This document shows positions 48,653 through 60,398 of a stretch of 64,000 nucleotides of DNA, one piece after another. The notes beneath the pieces are model-generated. The model saw only the letters and a program-made list of their open reading frames with translations. It did no database searches and was not told the DNA's origin. Origin of the DNA: Gonapodya sp. JEL0774 (lineage: Eukaryota); assembly GCA_027604505.1 (NCBI GenBank), contig JADIIX010000023.1:124001-188000 (forward strand), written 5' to 3'. Position numbers and translations under genes: made by a program. Every line of letters starts with the position of its first letter. Position 1 is the stretch's first letter.

Positions 48653-51600
48653 ATGGCATCAGAAGGTGCCAACGGGCGTTTGCTCGAGGCGCTAGAGACA
48701 GGAAATCTTGAACTTGTCAGGCAGCTCTTGGAGGCAGGGGACGCGGATGCCTCTGTTGCGCGAAAGACGGTCACACTCAATGTCACCTTTTCCAGTCGGG
48801 TGGTCGCAAAGAAGGCGAGCGTTTTCAGCGAAGAGGTCGTCGAGGAACGTGAGGAAAAGAGAACTGATGTTGCTCAAGCAGAGACGGCCATGACGTTGGC
48901 GGTCCGGAGTGGGAAACCGGATTTGGTTCGGTGTTTGCTCGAAGCTGGTGAGTCTCCCCGATGATGAAGACGATAAGTTGGGGAATTCTTCCAGGAGAAT
49001 TGCATGTGTATTGTAAAGGAAGAAATGGACTATTGGTGGAAGCTGAAAAGAGCTTCGTGTTTGTACAAGGAAGGATGGTCAACGTCAACGGAACTGAACA
49101 AGATTTGGTATTGTTCTGAAAGAAAAACTGAAACAAGACCCAGGACAAACAAACGACTGCTCCGTCCACGCGGTTTCTGCGTGTTTGGAGCAAATTGTTG
49201 GGGGAATCATCCCATTTTTTTATTTGGAACTTCTGTCGTGAGTAGGCGCGTCAGCCACCAACCCCCTCTCCTGGCGTCTCCCCCATCATCACTACCCGTG
49301 GACGCCAACTTTTTGGTCTCAGCATCGCTGGGTTGACAGGACCGATACCCACTTTTCCTCCCCAATCCACCTTGCTCTTTACTCGGGGACCCTCCCGTTC
49401 AACAGACGCGGAGCCAACGTCGCTCTTCTCAACCCTTCCTCGCCACAACAATGTGGAGAGATGTATGTACTTAAACCCTCGTTCGAGGTGCTCAAACTGC
49501 TCCTCGCACATGGAGGCGTTGTGTCGGACGTGGAAATGTCGGCGGCGCGCAAACTGGCCCAGCACGACAGATCGTTTGTAAAGCTCCTGGAACATCACGT
49601 GAGGACTGTGCAGCGTGGACATGGTGCGACCATTGTGGCAGATATGCCACCCCCGCCATTGCCTCCCTGTGAGTGATTCTGTAATTCTCGCTCCAGGAGT
49701 CCCATATCCGGGGTTTTACCGCTGCTGCGTCCCTCATCACTTTTATTACTTATGGCTCTCAAATGCTTCTACGATTTGCCGTCTCAGCTGCCTCTGCCTT
49801 CTCAAAGACGCCAGGTAGTCCACCAACCCCCTCAAGCCCTGGTCTCAACGTTCCAACTGTCCACCCATCCTCCACGCTCCCAGTGACTATCCCATCAACT
49901 TCTACTCTCGTGAACCCTCTCTCAAGTGCCAACTCATTGTCATCTATCCCCTTGTCTGTAATATCGTCATCCCTTTCTGCTGGTACGAACGGCTGGTTGA
50001 CGCAGTCCACCGTGTCATCAACTTCGAATCCTGCGCCCCATTATCTGACGCCATCCTCGCCTCAACGATCACCGCGTCTTGCGCTGTCCACCTCCCAATC
50101 AATCACTCCCACACATGTTGCAAATGTGGTGACTCGATCCCACTCGATAGCATCTTCGCTGCCAACAAATGACTCCACTTACGGAGCTGCCACCACGAAC
50201 CCTCTTACGACACTGTCCGCTGACAAGACTGAGCTTCCTGTCCTGCCCCGCCTTCCACCTAGCACCTTCTCTCCAAACTTGAAAGATGCCCCTCTTCCTC
50301 CCACTCCCAACGACGTGGTTTCATCTGTAACCGCCGGTGCAGCAAGTTCCATTCCGCGTCAGGGCGATTTTGTGGACGATTGTGCCTCCCCGTCCCGAAG
50401 CCCATTTCGCTCCTTGTCTGATACATTGGTTGGCGGGGGGGACCCATCTGTTCAGGGACGACATGGGAGGACGGGCTCGGGTGGCGGCTGGGGCCATGTA
50501 ACGTGGGGTTCGTTGTTCAAGAACACCGTGGAGAGTGGTGGAGCCGGGAGTCCCGGTGAGAGCATTGGGAATCCCGTTGGCTATGGGAATGGGCATGCTC
50601 CTTTGGCGAATCATGCGCAAGCAAAGTCATCAGGGCATGTCTCACCGGGTAAATTGCCGAAAACTCCGAAAGATCCCGACCACGAAGCACATCCAACACC
50701 GGTCGCGCCAAATGGGTCTCAAACCATGTCGTCTACCCTTTTCCTCCAGCTTAATCTGAGCTCTTCGGTACCTACAAAACTCTCCGCGGTGCCGGTGCAC
50801 CTTTCTGGGGAATCTGTCTACCCTACCACCCCTCCACCAACAGTCGCCGCCCCGCTTCCTCACACTCCTCTTCGCCGACCACCTCCTCCGCCTCTGCCGA
50901 TTAGCGGGAGCTCTCCCGCGCTCGCAGATGATCATGATGAAACTTGGAGCGCCCTCGATAGTGACTCGGATGCCGGGGAAGGTGAGGAGCCTTTGTCCCG
51001 GCTCGCGTCACCTAAGCAAAGCGGTGGGCTCAAAGATGGAAGGCATCTACATATCCACGCGCACCCCAATGTACCCATTCTGACAGCAGCCGGTGGCCAT
51101 GCCCCCTTCCCCCCGCCTGTTCCTGTTCCGACTTCTGCTCACGTCACGAAGCACGTGGCATTCGCGTTGCCTGACTCTCCCCCTAAAGCTGATATGCCAC
51201 CACTGAACTCAACTTCGAACTCCGCAACGGGAACGCCGCTGAGAAACCTCTCAAACGGAGCAGGATGGGGTTCTGGGCCCGGTCAGAATCCCCCCCCACC
51301 TCCTCCGCCATCATCATCTGTTCCAGCTCCTGTACCCTACTTCTTTATTCCAGCAGCAGCGTTCCCTGTCATGCCTTCTTTGGCACAACAAGTGCAAAAA
51401 CCTCCGCAGTCCTTGCCAGCTGCCCCTGCTGTCGCTTCACAAATAAATTTGGTGACTTCGGAAGATGATTCCGAAGATGAGATGGATGCGGCACCTTTAT
51501 CCCAGCTTGCTTCAGCAGCGGGCATATCCAATCCTGCTCCTGTATCTCTAGCAAATTCAGTGTTTCAAGAGCCTCAAACGACAGTGTCTGAGACGATAGA

Positions 51601-52221
51601 TGCGTCCACCGACTTGGACCCCAAGACCACTCGTATCTTTCGCCGACAGCGGCGGCGAATCAGTTATTTAGAGCGGCAACTTGCAGCTCGGGATGCATTA
51701 GTTCTGGCACTGCGGGATGCTCTCGTCGCCTCTGGCGTCGGTGTGATGTCTCCGGATGGGTCACTCGGAATACCTGTTCCAGCGACCCTCCCACCGCCCC
51801 AGGGAGAGTTGTACGTGGTAGCGCAATACATGCCGAATGAGGGAGATGAAATCAGTTTGGCTATTGGAGAGGTTGTCGTGTGTCAAGTGGTATATTCAGA
51901 TGGCTGGGGACAGGTGAATATTGCTGTGGTACTTGGTTTAGGGCGCGCAGTTTATGAAGTCACGCTCATCAGCCGACTTCTTTGCATTGCTTGTATTTCC
52001 TTGGCTTTTTCATACCAACCATAACTTTCCAGGGCAAGAATACCTCCACAGGCTCCACCGGCATCTTTCCTCTCGTCTGCGTTTCCAATGTCCCTTTATC
52101 CAGCAATGATATAAAGCCTTCGCCAATCATCACAGGCCGGACGGTTTCGTTAAAGAGAGCCGGCAGTATGGGCGGCGCTGGAATGGAGAAAGCGGGCGGG
52201 CTTGACTGGCTGAAGCGGTAA
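48653..52221 (+). CDS. Atypical ankyrin-repeat protein with long Pro/Ser-rich linker, coiled coil and C-terminal SH3 domain
   Basis: Ankyrin-like segments LLEALETGNLELVRQLLEAG, ETAMTLAVRSGKPDLVRCLLEA|GA and EVLKLLLAHG. SH3: YVVAQYMPNEGDEISLAIGE...DGWGQ|GKNTSTGSTGIFPLVCV. Confidence 0.75.
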
Positions 52222-52347
52222 GGAGTGTGGAGTGAACATCTTTAGGAACATCTTTTATTTATTTATGAAGGTGAAGGGTTGACCACTTGAAGGAGTACCC
52301 ATTTCACTTAGGTTCACTGATTTTCATCATTACAGTAATACTCTTGA

Positions 52348-52356
52348 TATATATAA
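52348..52356 (+). promoter_or_regulatory. TATA-box-like element upstream of the secreted repeat protein
   Basis: TATATATAA lies ~165 nt upstream of ATG 52518. Position and sequence are the only evidence. Confidence 0.35.
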
Positions 52357-52517
52357 GCGGGGGTTCTAGCTTATTACTGCATAATGGAGTTATCGATTCC
52401 ATAAAGGTTCATATACTGGGATGTTCACATTTGTATAACGAAAAAAAGTCCCGTAGTGTGATCTGGGATGATCGCTCCTTGTGCGGCACACAGGTCGTGA
52501 AATGTACCTTTTTCCAA

Positions 52518-54258
52518 ATGGACATTCGATACACGTGGATCCATTTCGCCTTCTTCCTGATTGCACTCTATCTGCACCTTGCTGCCGCCTTATTCTCCCC
52601 GAGACCTGTCGCATCTCCTGTTTCTCGCCAACGACGAGATAGTGCTGTCCCAGTTTATGTGCTCGCGTACGATCCAATCGACCACTGCTGGGGAGACGGC
52701 CCTGTAAATTTTGTTCTCAATCTCCATATTGGTGTTGGTGTGGATGCGGCAATACCGGACGGGCAAAGCCTCGCGAATCTGCAAGTTGCATTCGTTGGTG
52801 CGACCAACGTAGTGTTTTCGCAAACGTGGAACAATGCAAATTCTACAACCTCTGGAAACGTATGGTCGTTTCAGACCCAGCCTGGTCAGCCCAACCCGGG
52901 GGGGATCTTTGCGGTGACTGGGGGGGTGCAGTGCCGAGACGGCACCACTATATCTCCCCCAAGCTTTCAGGTCACAGGATCACTGGTGTCGGGAGGAGCC
53001 TCAGTAACAGCATTGGTGCAGGACCCAGGGTCGCTGAGTAGCGTCCCCCCAAGTGAGTGGGCCATTTTGATTCCTTCTATATCCGTATTGAATCGATCTC
53101 ACGTCTTTCCAAATCCATTTCAAATCCATTCAAATCCTATGAAATCAGCCGTGTGAGTCCCAATGAAGTGTACGTGCTTCTGAGCTTTCCCAACATGATC
53201 CGAATCCAACTAGAGCTTCCACGATCCCACCAACGTACTTTCTCTCCACAAATATTGGTCGATGTTGGGGAACGTCTCCTGTCTCTTTCAGCCTTTCGAG
53301 CGTCGTTTTCGTAAACGGGCACGCTCCAGCAATGAACAAAGATGGCGGCCTCGCCCAACTCTCCGTCGCATTCTTCGGCGCTGCGACTGTCACTCCTCTA
53401 CAGACGTGGTCTGTGTCTGCATCATCCACGAAGAACAATGTGTGGTCGTTTACCACGGTTGATGGTGTATCTTACCTCGGGGGCTTTTTCACTGCCACTG
53501 GAGTATCATGCGATTCCAATGGCGTCTTGTTCCCCCCCATCACCACGAAAATGTCTGGACAACTTAGTTCGGGTGGGCCCATACAGGCAGGCTTCTTGGT
53601 TCCTGCTACTGGTGAGAAGTCTGAACTTTGCAACCGTCACAATCCCTCTTGCACAGTCTTGCGTTCGCCATACATAGATTCGTTTCAAATGATCATTCCG
53701 ACTGCCTCCGGACTACCTGCTGGAAATCCTACCCCTGTTTCGTCATCCACGGGGAAAACTATCGCGTTAGCGGTCATTGTCCCCACGTGAGAGCGAAAGA
53801 TTAAACTGCGCGTCAAAATCAGTTGAATTGTAACTCATGAACATCAATTTGTTCACCGGTTTAGATTCGTTGAAGGAGCACCGATCTATAATTTCACTTA
53901 CATCATCGACCGTTGCTGGGGATCTGGAGACGTGTTTTTCCCTTTCAGGCTCACACTCAAAATCAACGGCCACCAACCAATGTCAAACGTTGACGGTGGT
54001 CTCGCCTCTATCAGCATCACATTTGATGGCCTACCTGTCGTCAAGACATCGTCTCTGTGGGTCGTGGGCAACTCAATCACAACTGGGAGTACGTGGCGGT
54101 TCGAAACCGCCAACAATGGACCCAACCCCGGGGGCATCTTGAGCACTACTGCGCCCATTACTTGCAATGATGGGGTGCTTTCGATAGCTCCCTCGCTGAC
54201 ATTTAGTGGGCAGCTCCTGAGCGGTGGCCCGATTAACATTAACGCCGTCCCTGCATGA
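52518..54258 (+). CDS. Secreted protein with three tandem ~130-aa beta-rich Cys/Trp domains (possibly CBM2-like)
   Basis: Signal peptide MDIRYTWIHFAFFLIALYLHLAAA and an RQRR dibasic site. Three homologous units each carry [DG][HR]CWG, DG..LA, W...W.F.T, GG.[FL], C..DG/NG and G.L.SGG. Confidence 0.75.
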
Positions 54259-54858
54259 CGGGAAAAATAAAACTTCCGTGTTAACATTCTCAGTTGCATC
54301 TATATCTGTAGTATTTGACATAATTAATATTAATGCACTCATCCGACTCTTGTAAACGTTGTAAATGTTGGCATCCTCTTATCTGAAACACGACAGATAC
54401 ATCAAGCAGTTGAGAAGGGGAGTAGAGCACCGATCATCACTCTTTGCCTCGAAATTCCCATACAAACGTCATTGTTGCTCTCGGCTGAATGTCAGTGAGC
54501 ACAAAATCGACAAAATGATGGAAAGACGGACCAATATGGGAATTATTTGAATATCTACAGCAAATGCTGTTAATTCGAGCTAGTGCCCACAATTATAAAC
54601 AACAAAAAATGATGAAGGCTCAAAGAACGCAGCGAAAAATCTACTTGTCATATTTTATAAAGTTTCTCTTCTTTGATTGAAGAAAGGAAAACAAAAGAGC
54701 AAGCGAAATCATGGCGGAGAAACAAGTCCAATGATAAACGAAAATGTCCTGCTACATCCAATGGTGTCACGGTAGGTGGGGTATTTAGGACCAGCCAGTT
54801 CTTGCGGAGTGCACCGTAAGTATTTTCAAAAAGTGTAGATGATGTGTAGGTGCTCGAG

Positions 54859-55760
54859 TTAGTCGGTGTCGGTCGGAAAGTTTTCGAGACCAAAGAGCGA
54901 TTCTCGCCAGGCACGGAATTCGACGGAGAGAACATCCGAGACCGGTTCCTGAGCGTCCATCGGGCTGTCAGTGATTTCCTGAGACTTGTCCATGAAGGAA
55001 GTCGAGAACGCAAGTGTGCTGACGCTGGTTACTTCCATCTCAGGTGGCGGTAGGTGAAACTCGACTGGAGGAAGTAACGGCGTTACCGGTGCTTTCTGGC
55101 GGGGAGAGGGCGACGGTGTTGGATACGGCTGAGGGCTCGTTCTCGATTCGGGGTTGCGGGAGCATCGAGACTCGTGTTGGCGAAGTCGATCTGCTCGGAT
55201 GAAACTGCGTAGCAATGTAGAGCAATTCATGAGCCGGCATTGCAAACGATGCTAGATTCGAGCAATGGTTTAACATCCGTTTACCTGTTCATCGTAGCAT
55301 GGCACCATCTGCAAGTGGGAACGGCACCAGTACAGACAAGGACGTGTCTCGTGAGCTCTCCCGGCCGATGAAAACCTTGCTCGCATTCGGAACAATAAAT
55401 TGTAAAGGGTCGGTTCTCAATGTGTGTAAGAATATGCATCTGTAAAAAGTGATCCGGTGAGGACACGAACAATCATTCGGATTCCAGACGCGCGTATCTA
55501 CCTTTGAATTCCATCTCCTGAGATCGGAACCACGGTTACACCGAGTGCGTAAAACAAGAAGCGATACAATTAGACCCGAGAGTGTGTAGCGAAGAGAGGC
55601 GTTGGGAGAATAGATTTGTGTCGTCGACTTACGTTGAACTGGAATCCGAGCATCCGGGAACTGGACAAAGCAATCGTCCGCTGGGTCCCTTGGCAATGAG
55701 TGGGATCAACGATTCAATGTAGTCTTTTGGATAAAGTAGTCGTTGACCGACTGGGGGCAT
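54859..55760 (-). CDS. C2H2/C2HC zinc-finger protein (3 fingers), multi-exon
   Basis: Spliced fingers are CPVPGCSDSSST|RWNSK|MHILTH, CSECEQGFHRPGELTRHVLVC and CRWCHATMNR|ADRLRQHESRC. ATG at 55760. Confidence 0.75.
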
Positions 55761-57489
55761 TCAGGTTGAATGTGAAGCGTAGCGGATTCAAGTTGCGAAC
55801 TCTTCTCTGTGGAGTTGAAACTTCCAGGATGTCCGTCGCGTTTTGGTGGGATAGCGCGGTTCTATTTAACGTCGGGCCGGGCATTCGGATGGAGAGGTCA
55901 CGGGGACTGAGGGGCGGTGCTGTAGTGGATTATGCCTGACTGAGCTGATCAGCGAGACACGTTGGAGGGATGCTGGCCACGGACCACCAATCCCAAAATG
56001 AAAGTTTCGCATGCTGTCTGAACAGAACGGCAGGCAATAACATCTACTGGTCGCAGGCTACTTTGAAATCAACTCTTTCCTGCAAGCGTATTTGGCTTGC
56101 AGCTGTCTAGACGGATTTGTTCATGGGGGGGCACGTGCCATAGCAGTCGATCCACAGCAACCGCCCACTTTCCGACCCCCTCACCATTTTTTCTCTTTTT
56201 GAATAGAATACTGTATAAGCAAATTTCTGAGCGATTGTTCCCCCACTCGCTTGAGATCTTGGAGGCCGAACGGGTGGGAACGTCTGACTGGTGATCATCA
56301 ATATTATTATGTTACATTTTTCACCAGCACACTTCTACGGAAATTCGAAGCATGCGTTTCTCACTTAGAATTTTCATTTTCGGAATGTTTGTTGGGGCAA
56401 CGGCGTCTGTTGCACCCCTTCTGGGAACCGTTCGACACAGTTCGGGCTAAGTGCGTGAAGGGGAGCCTGATCATCTAAATCAAATGTGGTCATAAGAGAG
56501 GGTCCGAGCCACCAATCTTTCAAGTTTTGTGCTTACGTACTACATATGCAGCAAGCCGACCCAATTTGCGAGGTAGAACATATACATAAGTCAGATCACC
56601 ATAAAACAGATGGAGGGATTACAGAGGAAGCTATCCCGGTCATCTCAAAGTGCGCTCTGCAAGCAGCATAGCTCTAGGTACTCCTGCATAGCTTCAAGAC
56701 AGCGGGGAGACGACTAGCTGCACCTTGGGTTTCGTTTACCCGTCGCTCGTGGGACTTTGCAAATAGTAATTTCCCACAAAATTTCGTAGGACTTCGGAGC
56801 CTTATATTATCTACTTATGCAGCTGAGTATGATCTGCAGTCGGAATCCGGCTACTTGTACTACGTGATCATGTATTGCCCGATGGTATTTCGAGATCTAC
56901 AAGTTCACTTGTGTGAATGGACCTTCCATTATCCCCCAGCCCCCCCCCTTTCCAGGCACCCCCCCACCCCAGAGGTCTGGTCCTAGTTAGGTATAATTAC
57001 GCAAATGCAACGTCGTAGGCAGGCGAGAATTTTTTGACCGCTGGACGTCTTCACTAGCAGCTCGTATGGGCGAATGTGTTACATTGCACATCGCGAAACA
57101 ACTCGCCGGGCTCACCTTTTGGTGCTCCTTTTTCGCTTTGTCAGCGTATGTGTGTTGTAAGCCCTTAATGTTCCTGGCAAGCGAGCTCGGGTTGCTGGTT
57201 CGGCGCGGGCGCCGACGAAGCCCCTTCCTGTGGATGAACATCACCACAGACCAGAAGTGACTTCGTGGAAAACCCCATCGAAGACTCTTGGAGATGCAAA
57301 CTTAGAACGGGATTTTATGTCTCCGTATATCTGTATACTTAATTCCGATGAATTGTAACGGATTGTTGTCAGGCAGGGGCAACTCCCGGCTTGTGGCGTT
57401 CATCGGAGGGCACTCCTCCCTCTTTTGGAAAACTTCTGCTCAGACTCGCGATGCTCAATCGCGAATGGGACGCACCCGGTCACGGGCGG

Positions 57490-60137
57490 ATGAAGGCCCA
57501 TTTTTTCTGCTTATCAGTCCCAGCAGCCGTGATCGCCATTCTTTGCCTTGTAACCTTCGCTCCAACCTCGACGAATGCACAGACGCAGGCAGCAGACTGC
57601 GCAGTGTTTGAGACAATATACACCAATTCCAGACTGACAATTCCCTGGACTAAGGGTCTTTGCTGTGGAAACTGGGCGGGGGGGGCGGTTCGAATCACCT
57701 GCACGGGAACCCGAGTTTCCTCGGCGGTCCTCGCCAGCCAGAAACTTTCCGGGACTATTCCATCGCTTGCAGGACTCACGGCTATAACGGTTTTGGACCT
57801 GGTAAGTCCGATGACTGCTCGTTTCTGCCTCGTTTGGAAGACCAATGGTCCTGCAATCATGTCTGGAAGTCAAGCAACACACTGTCAGGATCCATCCCCG
57901 CACTGGATACCCTCACCCAGTTGACCACCTTGAGACTCAATACTAACACGCTGACCGGGGCTATTCCGAATCTCTCTGGTCTCAACAACTTGCGAGAGCT
58001 GCAGTGGGTGACTTTCGTGGTTCAGCTCCACAATCTTCTTCTGTGTTGCTCAACTCTGGTGTTTCGCCATGAACACAGGCTTTCTGGTAATAATTTGAAC
58101 GGTAACATCGATGGACTGCTTCCATCTGCTCTGACTGGTGAGAAGAGGTCATTCGAACGATGGATGCTTTTGAGGACCACCAGCTGATCAACCCACCTAC
58201 GATGTTCGAAGCCTGTGGAATCACCGCCGCGAACACGAATCCCGGACTATTCTCCTGTACAAAAAATTATCCAGCGGTCTGCGCCCAGGGTACCACAATC
58301 ACCACCGGATCAACTTGTCCGGTGACCACTACAACCGTAACCACCACCACAAGTTCCCCCATTACAACGACAATCGCTCCCACTACCACCACAGTTCCCC
58401 CAATTACAACGACCTCTGTGCTGGTGACTGTAATGTCGACAGCAAGATCCAGTGTTCTGAGCACAACGACCTCTGTGGTCATTCGATCCTCGACCTCAAG
58501 ACTCATCTCCAGCTTGTCATCCACGACTACGACCACTACATCCTCTGAAAGCTCCACTGCTACTTCTTCGAATCCTGTCGTTGAAACTACCTCGAACGGT
58601 GTGAGCACTGGAGTTATTGCTGGAGCCGCCATTGGAACTTTTGCGTTTGTGGGTCTAGCGGGTGCTGGGACATTCTTCATGTTGCGATGGCGACAAAATA
58701 AGCGCCTCAGTGAGTGCAAATTCGATATTTTGATTGAATAGTAGAGCTATCACGATGGTCCCGACCTGAGGGAACAAGATTAGGATGTCCAAAGGTGTTG
58801 CGAACGGCTTCACCTATTTTGCACCCTCGAAAAGGAGTCAAAAGGACACCACTAATACTACCGTCTCCCCATTTCTAGACCGACCCCCATATCCGGGCCC
58901 AGGGTCAGGGTCAGGTCACCCACCCTTAAGTCCACCTTCTTTCTTCTCTTCTGTAATGATGGCCTCCCTACCCATCAGCTCCCGAGTTGGAGGCGGAAAT
59001 CTGGGCTGGAATCGTATTCCGGACAAGCAACAACAATCTGATTATTATCATGATACCACCAGTGGCTTCAACTTTCCTCCTAGTGTAATTCAATACGGCG
59101 GTGGTGAGCCACGAAGCTACCCGAGGCACCCAGTCGGACCTCCATCATCTGGCTGGTACGATCGAGACCTTCCAGCACCACCAATGGGGGTATCTGGACC
59201 TGTGATCGGCATTCCAGGGCCAGTTAGGTCACCTTCACGGTACCATATGGACGTTCCCTCTACTCCGGAAGCCGCGCGACGAGGTTACGGGGCAGGCAGA
59301 CAGGGAAATGAAACGGACTCGGGAGTGATGTCGGGGTACCCAACGGGCCAGGCGATGGGAACCCCCAGTGGGATGTTTGCGAGTCACGACCCGTTCGAAG
59401 GGGCGTACGACGTTGCGGGCGCGCCGCCATCAACGGCTCTGCAACAACATGCAACCACGGACAGTTTCTTACCATCACAGTCGATCAGCAGGACTGAATC
59501 TCGACGACAGGATGACTCGATGGCATACCATAGAGCGGCATTTGCCACAGTGGAGGAACAGATGAAGACATTTGGTGATACTCGCAAGAGTTCACAACAG
59601 CAGGACAATCGCAGGGCGTCACAATATCAGGAAAAACGCCGAAATTCACAGTACCAACAGCTTACACCTCAAGACACCATTGAGGACTCTTCCGTTCAGA
59701 GGAGACATTCTGTAGCGAATGCACAAGGCCCCGAATCGTTCTTGCCGGACGAATTTGTGCACAGCAAGCGACTCAGCGTAATGCCATCGTCGGCTGCGCG
59801 GTTCGCAATGCAAAACTCCCTTGGTGACACACCACACACAGACTCTGGACCGTACTACTCTCCGCGAGAAGTAGTTGAGCCTTCTACAGTTCGAGAAAGT
59901 GGAGGTTTCCCAGACCCTTCTATTGATTTCTCTGTCTATACATCCACTGGGAAATCCGGGGGCGTAGTGCCACCATCGATTAGTACTGGTGCTGGTGCAA
60001 CATCTATTCTCCGATATTATGACGGAGACAACGGCAGCTACGATGGCGATACATCGAACTTTTCAGTGGGTGTGGACAACGGAGGATCACATTTTGCGAA
60101 CCAGATGAAGATGCCTCCGGGGGGCCCGCGGTGGTGA
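57490..60137 (+). CDS. Single-pass LRR receptor-like protein (plant-type LRRs, Ser/Thr stalk, TM, disordered cytoplasmic tail)
   Basis: Signal peptide and Cys cap (C...W...CC...ITC), then repeats LSGTIPSLAGLTAITVLDL, SNTLSGSIPALDTLTQLTTLRL and TNTLTGAIPNLSGLNNLREL. A Thr-rich stalk leads to TM GVIAGAAIGTFAFVGLAGAGTFFML and RWRQNKR. Confidence 0.8.
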
Positions 60138-60398
60138 GGGAACAATAATTGAATCGCATCGGTTGTTTACATATTTGAAATGGAGCTGGCTCATTCCCAT
60201 CACGATGGACCGAACGATATTGTCGGCTATACATTATCAATGTAATGTAATTAGTATAAAATAGTTCTTGCACATCGATGAAGACGTTTTCTCTCTTGCT
60301 TGCCAATGAAGCATTTGTGTGACCAACTTGCGGTGTGCATCCATAGCTGGATCCGCAACAGCGAATCACTTTTGAAGTAGGCTTAGACCTGCACATCG

